DNA from: Aplysia californica
Taxonomy: Eukaryota
DNA: 64,000 bases
Reading direction: 5' to 3'
Assembly: GCF_000002075.1 (NCBI RefSeq)
Contig: NW_004798139.1
Span: 187,334 to 251,333 of the forward strand
The notes below the pieces were generated by a model. The model was not told the DNA's origin. It did no database searches and was given only the letters and a program-made list of their open reading frames with translations. The position numbers and the translations under genes were made by a program. Positions 51,001-64,000 of this stretch are shown piece by piece. Within the stretch, counting starts at the first letter, position 1; each line of letters opens with the position of its first letter.

Positions 51001-52612
51001 TATTGTTCAATAAAAATATTAACATCCATATTATATTACCTTTTTCTAATCCCAATACACTTCACATATTCTTTGTTTTGTTCTGGAGTTTCATTTCCTT
51101 CCTTTTTGGAGCTGATATATAGTAAACAGTGTGAAGTTTCCAGCATATAAAATGCTACATTTGCTTTCAGCTGTGAGAAAGAGACGCCCACTGTGCACAT
51201 CTATGATGGCAGAGGGACAAGCACGGCACTGAAAGTTCTGGAAAAACTTCATGTTGCTCCAGTTGTTTTCATCAAGGTGTGTATTTCGGGATTTGAGGTA
51301 GTGAAACTTGCATCTATTATGTAGTTGTTAGTTTCTTCTGTCATCGTTTTGCAGAAGACGTGATTGCGAATCCGGAACAGTGCATGGTTGACAGGTGCTC
51401 TATGTGGTTTCCTCCTCCTTTCCTATCAAACATCTGTCCTCCTCATCTCTCCTCCTTCTTTTTTGTGTCTGTTACTCTCTCGTAACACTTCTAACCTTCG
51501 GCACTTATACGGCCTAATTTTGTTGCAAGTGCTGTTAAACTCATACGAAAACTAAAACATAATCCCAACTAGGAAAGTCTTTCTCATCAAGTACCTCCGT
51601 CTGTCTGTTGGGATGCTTTATCCCACTCAGCCTGAGTCGGCCCCGAGTGACATTGGGGAACCAACTTGCCTTCTACACATGGGCGAAGGTTCGCCACCAT
51701 ATGCTAGCCCTTCCGGTTTTTTAACCACGACAGACCTAGGTCCTCCAGTTTTTTAGACTGGGACTGGCATGTACGCGTGTAAAAACCAGCGACTACACAA
51801 CATGCAAAACGATGGTCCTTAAGCAGGACAGTAGTCCTGAAAAAGCCCCCATTCACTCTTTGGAGATAAACCACCTGTACTATTAACCCTTAGACCTGCC
51901 CTGAGGCTGATAGCACTCAAGAAGAAATGAACAGCTGCCTTATTTTCAAGTGCAGGGTAGGCCCATTAATATGTTAAAACTTTTGTGTGTGTGTGTGTGT
52001 GTGTGTGTTTTTTTGTCTTTGCCATCTTATCTGACTTTTTGTACAATGACTTTCAGGTTTTTGAAAATTCCCACCCTACTTCTTGAGGTTGTTTTATGTC
52101 TTTGAACTTTCACCCATGCTCCTACATTTTCTGTTCTGTGTTGGTGGTGATGTAAAACACTTACAATTTCATTTGGATTACAATTGCTGTTAAAATGTTT
52201 ACTAAAACTACCTCTATTTTTGTTTCTCCCCCCCCCCCCCCCCCAGTATAATCCTCAGCTGGAGCTGGTGGTGTCTGCTGATTCCAAGAGTATGATAGAG
52301 TACTGGACAGGGCCCAAACACGACTACGCCTTTCCCCGGAATGTCCAGTGGGAATACAAGACAGACACAGACCTCTTTGACTTTGTTAAGGTATGCAAGG
52401 TTCCTGCTCAACTTGGAAAACAGAAAAAAAGCCAGTAATTTCATTTTCAGTTTTCTCGGTCAGGAAAACAGTGAAAACAGGGGGGGGGGGGGGGGGGGAG
52501 AATTTTCTAGTAAAAAGCCAGGAAATAAGATCGGATGATTTTAAAATAATTTATCGCCTGAAATTTTCTACCACTGGCAAGTATAACTTTGGTCTATTCC
52601 TTCTATTGCTCC

Positions 52613-52669
<57 letters not shown>

Positions 52670-55600
52670 TTTCCCTGCTCTAAATGACTATAAATGTGTC
52701 AGTGTGCTTCTCTTTACTCCAACAAACACTAACCAGACCAGACCATCAATGATTTATTTATAGAGGCACCAGCCATCCATGAACAAACACTAACATCAAA
52801 CATTTTGTGGTCAATTTCTTTCAGCACAAGTGTCAGCCAGTGGACCTCGCTTTTTCCCCTAACGGTCAGCTCATGGCTACAGTGGCCACAGATAGAAAGG
52901 TAAGTGTGTGTGTGTTTGTGTGTGAGAGAGAGAGGGAGAGTGAGAGACGGCCATCTATGTTTATGTGTATGTGTATGAGTGTTGTGTATTTTTTTGTATG
53001 TGAGTGTTGTGTGTATGGGTTTTTTTTTCCTTGCTAGAAGGTCAACAGAACCCCTTTGTTTTGTTTTTTAAAATATTATAATGACACTGTCCAAGACAAT
53101 CACCAGTTTAGGAATCAGTTTTCTCCTGACCAATGGGTGGCTGTCGTGGACAGTTTTGACCGTACATTCTTTGCATGTTTTGATGTAACGGTCTCCTCTT
53201 TCATCACCTGATTGTGTTGCGGTTTTATTTTCTGTGGCAGATTCGGCTGTTCAAGGTCAGGTCAGGAAAACTGTGGAAGGTTTTGGATGAAAGTGTCCAG
53301 CGGTTCACAGAGCTGCAACAGGTTTGTTTACAGTTTACTGTTTACCAAAACTTTTCTTAGTGGATGGTTGGCGGATTCTCTGGTGTGGTTTGCTCCTTCT
53401 TTCCTGTCAAACATCTATTGTCCTTATCTCTCCCCCTTCTTTCCTTTGTATGTTGCTCTCAAGTAACATCTCTAATCCTTTGCTCTTGTATGACCTATTT
53501 GTGTTTTAGAATGTGTCTGTTTGAACCATGGAAAATGCTTCATAAAATGACTTTTAGATACAGTAAAGCTTGTACTTGTATCCTTAGAACATTAAAATGA
53601 AGTAGGGAATTGCGAGATAGTTTTTATAATAACATTTATGTTTTTCTGTCTCCCTTTGACATGGTCTTACCTGAAGGTCCTTCGTATTTCAGAAAAAGCA
53701 ACAGATTGCTAACATGGAGTTCAGTCGCCGCCTAGCCGTGGAGAAAGATCTAGAAAGGTCACCAAGTTTCCACACAAGTAACGTGGGTGAGTATTGGCAT
53801 GTGTCCATTTTTTAATGTTTTCTTTTCTTGTTCATTCATTGATGGGCAATTTATTCCTCAGTTCTTGCCAGAAATTCAAAACGAAGGAGTTCGCTTTTTC
53901 TTTCTTTTTCTTTTTTAAAATATACTTTTGTTCATTGCTTTTGAGGGATTTTCCCCTGTTCGTTTTCCTATTCAAAATGCAAACATTTTCTTCTCTGTTG
54001 TGAATAATCACCTTTAGAAAATTTGACAAAGTTTTTTTCTCCATTTTTTTCTTTTCCTTATCCATTGGTCTTTTGGGGAATACAAACTTTGTCTATTGAA
54101 CATTTCTTGACTTGTTTCCTCAATTTTGGAGGGTTTTTGACTGAAATTAAAATTAAACGTTAATGCCACTGGGGCCAAAATCACACAACTCCCTCTCAAG
54201 TCTAGACAGAGAGGAAAGCTGACGCACCCACCATTCCATTGTGTATTTTCTAAATTCAGTGCAGAATAACTGACACACTGTGATGAATATAGCTGCAGTC
54301 ATAATACAGCACAAGAATTGTGAACTAAGAAATGGCAGGAGGCTGTGGCAAAAGTAGGTTGTTGAAGCAGAACTTTTACCTCTGTAGCTGGGAAGGTCGT
54401 AAATTAACCCTATCTCAGCCAGAGAAAGAGTGAGTAGGAAATCCTCAGATCTGCTGCCAGACTAACGAGGCCAATTTCCGCACCCTCATTAAATTCCCAT
54501 TTTTTGTTGCAGTTTTTTGTGAAATGCCATGACAAATCCTGCTTATCCCTTGTGTCTGAGCAAGGGTTTTTATGATCCATGACATATTCCAGCTGCTACA
54601 GCGCGGGGTTTGGGTAGTATAGGAATTCAGTCAAACTGCTCTAGCAGTCATATCTCCAAGACAATCACCTTTACAAACGAGCACTTCCTACTTACCCTTT
54701 GCATCTTCCCACATCATAATGACATTGTCCACAACGGTATAGATTTGGATTTTTTTCCTCCCTCCCAGTGTTTGACGAAAGCGGCTACTTCTTGCTCTAC
54801 GCTACAATGCTTGGAATCAAAGGTGAGGCTTTTAGGTCTTGCAGTTTGTTTCATTTTCGAAAGACAGGAGCTAGCATGTCCAAGTAGCAAGTCGATTGAG
54901 CTATTCCAGATATCTTGCGGGCCAAAGCAGGAGAAAACTGAGGGAATCGGTTGAAATACCTAAGCTCTCAAAAGTGAGACTAGAACTAATATTAAAGCAT
55001 ATTATATAATTCGAGGCCATTTTATGAGATAAGAATATTAAATCTGTTGCTTCCTGCAGAGCCAGAAACTATTGATTTTGATTTTCAAGATGGACAGTTT
55101 CTTTTTATTAATTATCAAATCACTGCAGGCCACATTCGTTATTAATTACTACCTCGACTTGCAAGCCAGACTGAAACTACTCACAGGCTGTAGTTTGCCC
55201 TTGCCTCATGGTAAAGGCTGTCTTTTCTGTAGCTTGTACAGCTATTTATGAGAAGACTTTAGAAAGGTATTTATTTTTCTTTTACCTCTTTAAATGTAAG
55301 TGCCTTCACTTTTTAACAGTTCATGTTCTTCTTCTAGGATCCGTTTTGCTGGAAGAGATTAGATCATTTGTGTGTGCTTTTGTTCTTGGAAAACGAATGT
55401 TTTGTTAAAAATTTGTAAAGTAGGGACATAATAGTGCAATCCAAGGAATTGTCTTTTTTTAAACCTGACTCAAGAGTAATAGTATTACTGTGAATTTCAT
55501 CTTAGTAATACCAAACCCATATTTGAGTGATCAACTTGCACGCAAACTCTATTTTTGCGTACAAATTTTAATGATATACACACAAGCGCATATAACTTAC

Positions 55601-58600
55601 TTACACATTCTCATTCCAGTCATCAATTTACATACCACCTCTCATAACTTACTCACAAATCTTATTACAGTGATCTACTTACAAACTAGCTCTCATAACT
55701 TTTTACACACTCAAATCTTCTTCCACTGATCAACTTACACACAAAATCTCATAACTTACACAGAAATTTTATTCTATCGATCAACTTACACACGAACTCT
55801 AATAGTATACTCCTAAACTTTCATAACTTACACACAAACACTTATTCCAGTAGTCAACTTACTCACCAACTCTAATAATATACAAATAAACTCTCATGAT
55901 TTACTCACAAATTTTGTTCCAGTAATCGACTTAAACAAAAAATCGAATAATATACAAAGAAACATTCATATCTTACACTCAAATCTTGTTCCAGTGATCA
56001 ACTTACACACCAACTCGTGTGCTTGCTGGCTGGGTAAGACTGAGAACACAAGGTTCCTGCAGCTAGCCTTATTCCAAGGGGCGGGGAAAGCGGCCCAAAG
56101 AGTGGACGTGGAAATGGCCGCCTCGGACAACCCGGCCCTCAAGAATGTCTTTGTGGACCCTCTCCTGGTGTGCACGGCGTTCAAAAAGCCGCGGTTTTAC
56201 TTCTTCAGTCGGAGAGAGCCCGATGACTCAAGAAGGTGGGCGTGATTTTACATCGATGACGTCAGGCTCTGATAGGCCATCTCCAAGACTGTCTATTTTA
56301 CAGGAGAGGCTAAAAAAACTCATTAAATACACTATCCAAGACTACTTCAGCTCAATTTTCGTGTTGTGCTTTTATTCATATCTTTTTGTTGAATTTTTTC
56401 CCTATTTATTGAGATTATGTAATTGACCCTGCTCCACTTGTGAAGTACTTAACATACCAAATGTTGAAAATTGGGCTCTAGAAAATTTATGAGTTGGTCC
56501 ATTTGTACAGGTCACCTTTGATGTATCCATTATAAATCTGTTATTGATTTTTGGAATTCTGGAAGTTCTTGATGTTTCAATCTTTTTAAAAAATCTTCGT
56601 CTTACTTCAACTTCATCTGGATCGCTAACAACAACTTCTACTTCATTAACATGTCTTTTGATGCTGTTCAATAAGTCCAATGTTGTTTCAGACTCGATAT
56701 TCTTTTCTTCACTTTTCACTTTTTTGAAAGGGTTTACTCATGTTCTCTTATACGTTTTCAGTATGGAGAATGAGAGAGATGTGTTCAACGAGAAGCCATC
56801 CAAGGAGGAGATAATCGCTGCCACACAGGTGAGCGACTGTTGTTACTAAGTTAGCCTTTTTTGTCTGACTGTCTGTCTAAATGGGAAGGATAAAATATTG
56901 AGGAGATAGATGTATTAAAACTATTGAGCTATCTATCTTATGAAGTCACTCGTATGCATGTCCAGTCAAAATTATCAGAGACAGCCACCCATTGTCAAGG
57001 AGGAGAGGTTGGAGTGTCATTATGATCCACGGGAAAAAAAAAGGCTCCACTGAAACCGAAAGCTGCCGGACTGCTAGATTTTCTTAAGTCAAGCGGGGTT
57101 TTTGGTATAGAGAGGTTGTTCAAATAGAAAAAGATCTGGAGATTTTTTTTTCAGTTTATACTGCCATTGGTTTTGGATAAACGTATTGGGTTCAAGTGGA
57201 TTCCAGTGTATTGACTTTTATGTTCATCAGAAAACCATGAAGTTGTGACTTACACTTTTGACTGACCAAATGTTTTCTTGTGTTTCCCCAGGACGCAGCC
57301 TACCTCAGAGTGTCGGACAGCTGCATCATTCACACCACCATGGGAGATCTTCATTGCAAAATTTTTGCTTCTGAGTAAGTGTAATTTTCTTTCACAGTTT
57401 GTACATGTGTGTGTCTCTGGGTACCGGTACATGGTTTTATTGTGTGTATGTAAATCGTGCTTGAATAACTAGTGTATTAGGGTCTGTTGTATAAGCTTTG
57501 TGTAGAGTTACATGCAGAAGTCACAAGTTCGATTCACTTGAGCAGAAATTTATTTATCAAGTAACTTTGTCTGCTGGGATGTTATGTCAGTCAGCCTAGG
57601 TTGGCCCAGACTAGCAGGTCTGAAGTGGCCCACTTGAATCTTCGATCCAATAGATGTTATTTTTGTTATAGAAGTCCTACTATGTTTAGTTGGTTAAAGC
57701 ACAGCTGTTAAGCCACAGGTCTTGATCCGCTGTTCTACAGGTGCTCAGTGTTTACCCTTTGGCTTTCCACAGGTGCCCAAAGACAGCAGAGAACTTTTGT
57801 GTCCACAGCCGCAACGGTTACTATAACAACCACATTTTCCACCGAGTCATCAAAGGCTTCATGATTCAGACTGGAGATCCTCTGGGTGAGTGGCAGGGGT
57901 GAGGGGGGAAATTCGAGGGACAGAGTTTTATTAGTTGAGAGAGGCAGAGAAAAATGAAACACAAATCACGGAGATGATGGCCTTCTGAAAAAACAAATTG
58001 TAGTAAACAGTGATAGAACCATTTTGGGTGTTTAAAAAAAGTTCTATTTGAGGAAGGCTGCCTCTAACAAAATACAAAATAAAACAGCTGTCTTACTGAA
58101 GAATTTTTTTAAAGCAGGTCATCAGCTCCACTTTATGCGTGTCTCTGCTCAGTCATTTTTCATGGAATAGCCCATCATATCAACTTAACTGACGGACATT
58201 CACTACAGTCAGAGCTGGGGAAAAGCAAGACAGACAACAGTGGGAAGGAAAAGAAGAAAGACCTAACACTAACAGGGATACCCTCCAACTAACTACTGTT
58301 GAAGGTTCTTTTTTTCTTCCAAAATCACTGATGTCTGTGTTTTTGGTAGGCTCATCTATGTATGCGGAAGATGTGAATTACGTTCTTGTATGTTCAAGCT
58401 GTTTCAGAGTACTTAGTCCAGAAAGAAATATTTTTAAAGAGAGAGAAAAAACTGTTTCATTCTTTTAACAATTGTACCTATGTTTTGTATCTTTTCTTGA
58501 TTTGAAAAAAAATCTTTTTGAATTTGAATTTTTACAAAATATTTCTTTGGCACATGGACCTGGTACCACAGATTAAGAAATTGCAATAAAATCCCCCCCC

Positions 58601-60194
58601 CCACCCACCTTAAAAAGAAAACAAACCCCAAGTTAGGGGCTTACAGTCTTGCCAAATACTCCATCAAAATCGGAGTCCACCTATGTTTCATTTTGTGCGT
58701 CTAAGAATTGATCGAATTTGCATAAAATTTGATCTTTTTCCTGAATTATAAAAAAATTTCTTATGCAAAGCAATTTTGTAATGATATGTGGAGCATCTAA
58801 AATGGAGCAAGACCACAAATATCTTCTTCTTATTTTACCTTTCTGTGACGTTTCTCATTTTGTGCCTTTGCAGGCAATGGGACTGGCGGTGAGTCTATCT
58901 GGGGCGGAGAGTTTGACGACGAGTTTCACCCAAACCTACGTCACGACCGCCCGTACACAATGAGCATGGCTAATGCTGGACCAGGGACTAATGGCTCGCA
59001 GTTCTTTATCACTGTCGTTCCTACAGTAAGTGTATACCATATATATGCTCGTTAGCTCAGTTGGTATCTTGCTGGTGTAACTCAGCGTCATTATTTCTTG
59101 CTGTCAGATAGGACCTTATGTTTTTCTTTTCTTTGGACGAGGCAACAAATTTTCCATTTAAACCTTAATTCTTGCTACAGTGCTGCAGAGATGTAATTTT
59201 TCCCATCGTCCTCGTCTATCAAAAGTCTCCCTGCCTAGCCATGCATATCATGAGCATCAAAATCCAACTTTTTAACCCTCACAGAACCAGGCTGTTTGTA
59301 GCCCTCCTTCCCTCTGGCCCAGGCAATACTGGAGTCCTCGACTGCTCTGGCCCAGCCAATACTGATTTTTAAAGTTTTAGTAAGTTTTACAGAACTTTCA
59401 TCACAATGAGGTCATTTATGTGCTGAAGAATAGAGAAGGCGATTGTGTCTGTAAATTTTTTGAAGGTATTAGAAATAATTCCCTACAGTGATACTGCTTT
59501 TGTTTGAAGTTGAAGTTTTAGGAAATAACATGGAGAATATTTCATTATTTTTCAGAGACAATTGGGTAGATTACAGTAGAAATATGAGACTTAATTGGGT
59601 TTGAGGTGGCCTGCACCTTGTGAGGGAAATGTATATGCGGCCGGGCCTGGGGGAACGAAAAATCTCGAGGTTAATATACATAACTGCGGCCCGGGGTAGT
59701 AACTGCAAGGCTTAATCCAACAAAAATGGTTTCACTTCTACAAACACATGGTGTTTGGCTGACCTTCTCTTTTCTCTTGACCTTTCCCCTCTCTTTCAGC
59801 TAAAATTGACATCTGTGGTGAAATGGTTACTCTGCTCACTGATATGACTTTAATTCCCAAGTGAGAAAGGTTTTTTTTAAAAACATCTCCATCTCTCTGC
59901 TGGGTTGCTGTATCCATTTCAGCCTGGGTTGGTCCTGACTAGCCAAGTTGAAAAACCCAATATTTCAAACAGTCTAAATTTTGTCGAAAGAGGCATAAAC
60001 TTTTACAAAAATAACGACAGATGTATACATGTATAAACTCTCTCTCACAGCCGTGGCTGGACAACAGACACACGGTGTTTGGCCGGGTGGTCAAGGGCAT
60101 GGAGGTCATCCAGAACATCAGCAACGTGAAGACAAACGCCAAGACAGACAAGCCTTACGATGACATACGGATCATCAGCATCACTGTCAAATAA
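45055..60194 (+). CDS. PPWD1: Peptidylprolyl isomerase domain and WD repeat-containing protein 1, ~627 aa, 17 exons
   Basis: Exons 45055-45193, 48539-48641, 49181-49284, 49732-49827, 50588-50675, 51171-51276, 52247-52390, 52825-52899, 53241-53321, 53693-53786, 54769-54822, 55995-56235, 56762-56828, 57292-57374, 57773-57885, 58874-59025, 60051-60194; 1884 nt, GT-AG, phases consistent. Motifs: [89 protein letters not shown]. Confidence 0.97.
46842..47277 (-). mobile_element. MITE family B copy
   Basis: The reverse complement is colinear with 62288-62716; flanks ACAT/ATAT. Confidence 0.75.
52612..52668. repeat. (TGTC)n microsatellite
   Basis: Pure tetranucleotide run. Confidence 0.95.
55520..56016 (+). 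repeat. Degenerate minisatellite (~50-72 bp units) derived from the PPWD1 intron 11/exon 12 junction
   Basis: About 7 copies of the unit ttccag|tgatcaacttacacaccaactc..cataacttac.cacaaatctt; the last copy is the functional acceptor at 55994. Confidence 0.88.
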
Positions 60195-62287
60195 TCTCTC
60201 TCTTAAATAAATTTGACATAATTGTTCATCTGTGTCGTCTCACACTCTAAGCCGAGAAAATGACCGGGACTTCTATATATAAATACATAGATTTGTGTAT
60301 GTAATGGTTTATGTAAATAAAATGGTGAATAAATGTCTTTTTTACAAATGTCTTTCATTGAATTATCTTTCATTTTTTTTAATTGTTGGAGGGAGAAATT
60401 CTTTGCTCGTATACAGCTTACCACACTTTGCATACCTTGTGAGTTGCTTATTCCCACCTGTAGCGATGGCCGCTGCCTCTATGATCTTTCCACTTTCTTC
60501 TCTTTCTATAAATTATATTTATGAGAAGTGTTGACAATGAGTTACTTCTAGGATTTTAGCCCAATGGAAATACGACATATTAAATTTATAGGTTGAGTTT
60601 GTATAATTTATTAGTATATATAGTGAAGTGATAAAAGATATGTTTAACTTGAAGAAAATAGCATCAGTTGTAAATGTACAAATTTGACTCCAGTGACAAT
60701 TTTCGGCCAATATCTCTCCATGTGTGGATTGAGAAAAGTAACTCAGTTTGTCAGTACACCTCACATTTGGTAGCACGATATAGTCCCACCTTTTCCTGTT
60801 CTGTGCTGGGAAAAGCAAGAAAACTTTACCCTCAGAAAAGTCAGACTGGCAAGAAGTGAAAGGCGGATAGCCTCTTGCGGAACAGTGCACTCTCTTTTAC
60901 TATTTTTTTTCTTATTTCAAATCAACTGTTTAGTTTAAGAATCCGCCAAACGCTGATTTGAAAAATGACATAGGAGAAATATGATGGAGTCTTACACTAC
61001 ATTGAGCAGTTGAAAAGTTGAATATTTTACCAAAGCTCATCTATTGATACCATTGGCTTGAAACTACATTACAGTCAATTTGTAATAATTCTTTTTATTT
61101 GACACTAAGACTCAGCCACCTCTTCTTGCAGAGGAATGTTTGAGTAAAGTACTGTAAAGAGAAGCACATCGACACAATAATGGTCGTTTAACGCTGGGAA
61201 AAAGTAAGACGGACAGACAAACAATAGAGTGAAACTAAAGAAGTAGAACTTTCCGAAAGCACCCTCCAGCCACCTGCTCAGAGGAATGCACACACTCACA
61301 TTTCCCTGTCAGAACTTCAAAAAAGAGACTGAAGGACACTGTATTACCAATGGCATGTTTAATCAGTGAGAACAGCTGTGTTGTCTGCCTGAGTGCTCTG
61401 GACAGTTACAGTGGACATCATCCAATTACTCGACATCACCACAACTCAAACATTAATCATATGGCAAGAGGGGAGGATGCATATGCATACAAGTTAATTT
61501 GTCAGTAATGCAAAAGATCATGTAACATTAAATAGGAAGGATAAAACCACAGTTCTAAAAACCTACAGTGATAAAGTTCATACTCTGGGCAGGCAATAAA
61601 ACAAGTCTCATGGAAGGACAATTTTCTCTTTTTGTTTTTCATTGTGAATGTAAAATAGCAAAGAAAGGAGAGTCTAAATGTCTGCCATATATATATAAAA
61701 GATTTTGAAAATACTCAAAAATGAAAAGCAAAAGCTAGTTTGCTTACATAGCATATAATAGACCTATCTCTAGAAACTAAAAAATAGCTTTATCACATTT
61801 TTTCAGCTCATGAATGCGCTCTCTAAAACTCATATGAGCAAATTTAAAGGAGTTAATTGTGTAGCACATGAGCATATTTTGGCATCATATCTTTCACTAT
61901 CTAGCTCAGTGTGCAGAAAAAGACAAGAGGTGCCAACGGCTTAACAAAAAATCCTTAACTTTTCAGACCCAGTGAAAACAAATCCCAATTTCCAAATTTA
62001 TCCAGAAAATCAGCACCTTTGACTAGCATGTGGAATCCAAGGCTCCACCTAAAAAGTGAAAGATTGTAACTGTAGTCAGTAGTAAATCTTTAGCGCCCCC
62101 ATTGTTTCAGTTTAGATCATATAGGAGTGTGCTGTTTGGACCCTGCCTGTGACTACTGTAAGGGCCAATCGAGACCACAAAGGGTACAACACCCCAGCAG
62201 ATGGACAGGGATACTTGATTTTTTAAAAACTCTCCACAGGAATAAAACTTACATTCTGCATGCAACGGCGAAGAACCTAGAACAATT

Positions 62288-62716
62288 GTGAGGCATCAAG
62301 GTGAAATCAGACGCTCGTCAAAATAATGAAATCGAAGAAACTGGCATTTTTCTGCCCACCTGTCAATTTTTATCAAATTTGTTTTTTGGCTTCACGTCTG
62401 TTACGTCCATTTAAAAACACCTTTGAGGGTGGATTTTACTTAAAAAAAACTGATTAAAAGCACAAAAAATGTAAATTTACATGTTCCAAAGGACTCTCGA
62501 GCTTTGGAAGTAACCCAACTTTGGCGGCCATTTTTTTGCTAATTTTTTCCCTCTGAAACTACGCAACACTCACCTCCTTCCAATCACAAATATCTCGACT
62601 TTTATTGAAGATAGATTGGTATTTTTAGCATGGAAAGTAAGACTAATAAACAAGCTTTAACATGATGCCAATAACTCCACAATTGACGAGCGGCTGATTC
62701 TACCATGTCGTGACAC
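62288..62716 (+). mobile_element. MITE family B, full copy, possibly Sola1-like
   Basis: Imperfect TIRs GTG..(A/T)GGT.(A/G)AATCAG.CGCTCGTCAA. 4-bp AATT duplication at 62284-62287 and 62717-62720. Confidence 0.78.
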
Positions 62717-64000
62717 AATTACACAACGGGTACTCGTCATTTTTTAAATAAGTGCACACACCAGAAAGCAACATGCCATCATGTGCGCCTCTGCACACTA
62801 TCCCTCCTCTAACTGGTCAGTTCAGGTCTTTTACAAGGCAGCGGTCACCATTTTTCATTCAACAAAAAGATAGGTGACCCACCAGAGGTGTGAACAAAGC
62901 CACAAAATCATCAGCGTCAATTCACAATCATAAAAATCAGTTTCTAGGGTTTTCCAAACAACCTCATTATTCAAATAGAGACATAAAATTTTCTTCAGTT
63001 TCGTAAACATCTACCCCAGTTTTTCACTAAAAAATAATAGCTGCCCAAGTTGTGGTCCTGGTTAGTGATAATTTATCTGAGCACCCTCTTTTCCTTTAAC
63101 TTTCACCAAACTTCAGGTGCTTGAGTAACTGTAAAGATGCTGATGAACTAGTTTCCTGCAATCTCCTGCAGTGACCCCGCTATCTATCATTATGACATGG
63201 AGCGTGTTGAGCAAAACAAAAGTACAGTGAGTCACAGCAATAACTTAAAAAACACACATTTTGACTGGCATGAGTGATATTTTTCAAAAGTAAAAATATA
63301 TATAAATATACATACATTTAACAAGTTCCGTTACAAAGGACAGATAAAATAATGAATTTATAAAAAGTAAGAAGCCCAATACATGTATTGTATTCATGTA
63401 TAATGCAACATTTTTTACACCAAAAACACATGCAATTGCGTCCCATCTGTACACACACACATATATATTTATATCATCATCATCATTCATTGTCTTATGT
63501 CAAAATAAAGGTTTTCAGAAGAGGTAAAAAAATGTTATATTTCGCTCAGAACACTATCTTAATACAAAAAATGTTTAATTCATCTAAATCCGTTATCATT
63601 TTAATAAGAAAAATGAGACTAGGACCAATCAATGCACAAACTCTACAATGTACTTGATTTTCATTTTCTTTCGAAATTTAGACATACTGCAATGTTGAAT
63701 GATAGCAAGGATATTAGGTCGCTTTTAAGGACAAGCGGGCTAACCCAGATTTCGGGGGTTTCCAGATCTTTACCTACACCAAAAGTGGGCATTGCCCTAC
63801 CTATGGGAGAAGTTTGGTTTCAGTGGTGTGTATATTTGTTTGATTACAATATAGAGAAAACTCTCCTTGTCTTTTAAAGAAACTGAATAAGGGTTCTAAA
63901 ACTTTACCTTCAATTTTCTCAAAACAGCATTTCCTGGGATAGTCCCCTTGTGCTTAAAAGCGATCATTTAATAACCAGGAATGCACTCTGAGGCACATGC

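Noticed and set aside
55520-56016. CRISPR-like array (recurring ~25 nt motif with variable interspaces)
   Set aside because: The DNA is eukaryotic, the repeats are degenerate, the interspaces are homologous to each other, there are no cas genes, and the unit is a copy of the exon 12 junction.
57710-59935. Further decoy acceptors in PPWD1 (ctacag|gtgctc at 57740; ttcag|cctgggttgg at 59922)
   Set aside because: The matches to the true exon starts are too short to distinguish from chance.
184-63877. Most short ORFs in the supplied track
   Set aside because: They are antisense to real exons, run through microsatellites or lie in TEs. Many start at GTG/TTG and show no splice-consistent homology.
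60900-64000. Convergent minus-strand gene end
   Set aside because: The composition looks UTR-like, but no recognisable coding exon was found.

Overview
Eukaryotic, AT-rich, intron-rich animal DNA; the repeat content suggests a mollusc or other lophotrochozoan, but that is inference. Most ORF-track entries are spurious or are exon fragments. Splicing by hand with GT-AG sites and consistent phases gives five genes. In order: the first coding exon of a probable LMBRD1 (-); a complete PIGW (+, 5 coding exons, ~530 aa) head-to-head with it; a complete HSDL2 (-, 8 exons, ~405 aa, SDR+SCP2, ends -PKL); a complete, divergent SCPx-type thiolase without an SCP2 domain (+, 7 coding exons, ~425 aa, ends -SRI) head-to-head with HSDL2; and a complete PPWD1 (+, 17 exons, ~627 aa). 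Introns and intergenic DNA hold many non-autonomous TIR elements, SINEs, LINE fragments and one decayed ~2.9 kb APE-RT LINE. There is a 131-nt assembly gap. Three observations stand out. (1) The divergent HSDL2/thiolase pair shares an upstream region with clustered HNF4/PPAR-type DR1 elements, a candidate co-regulated peroxisomal lipid module. (2) A minisatellite built from a PPWD1 splice acceptor offers stop-free, in-frame alternative 3' splice sites. (3) The LINE 5' leader can fold into a nested, pseudoknotted RNA. No database searches were run; gene and family names come from recognised motifs.
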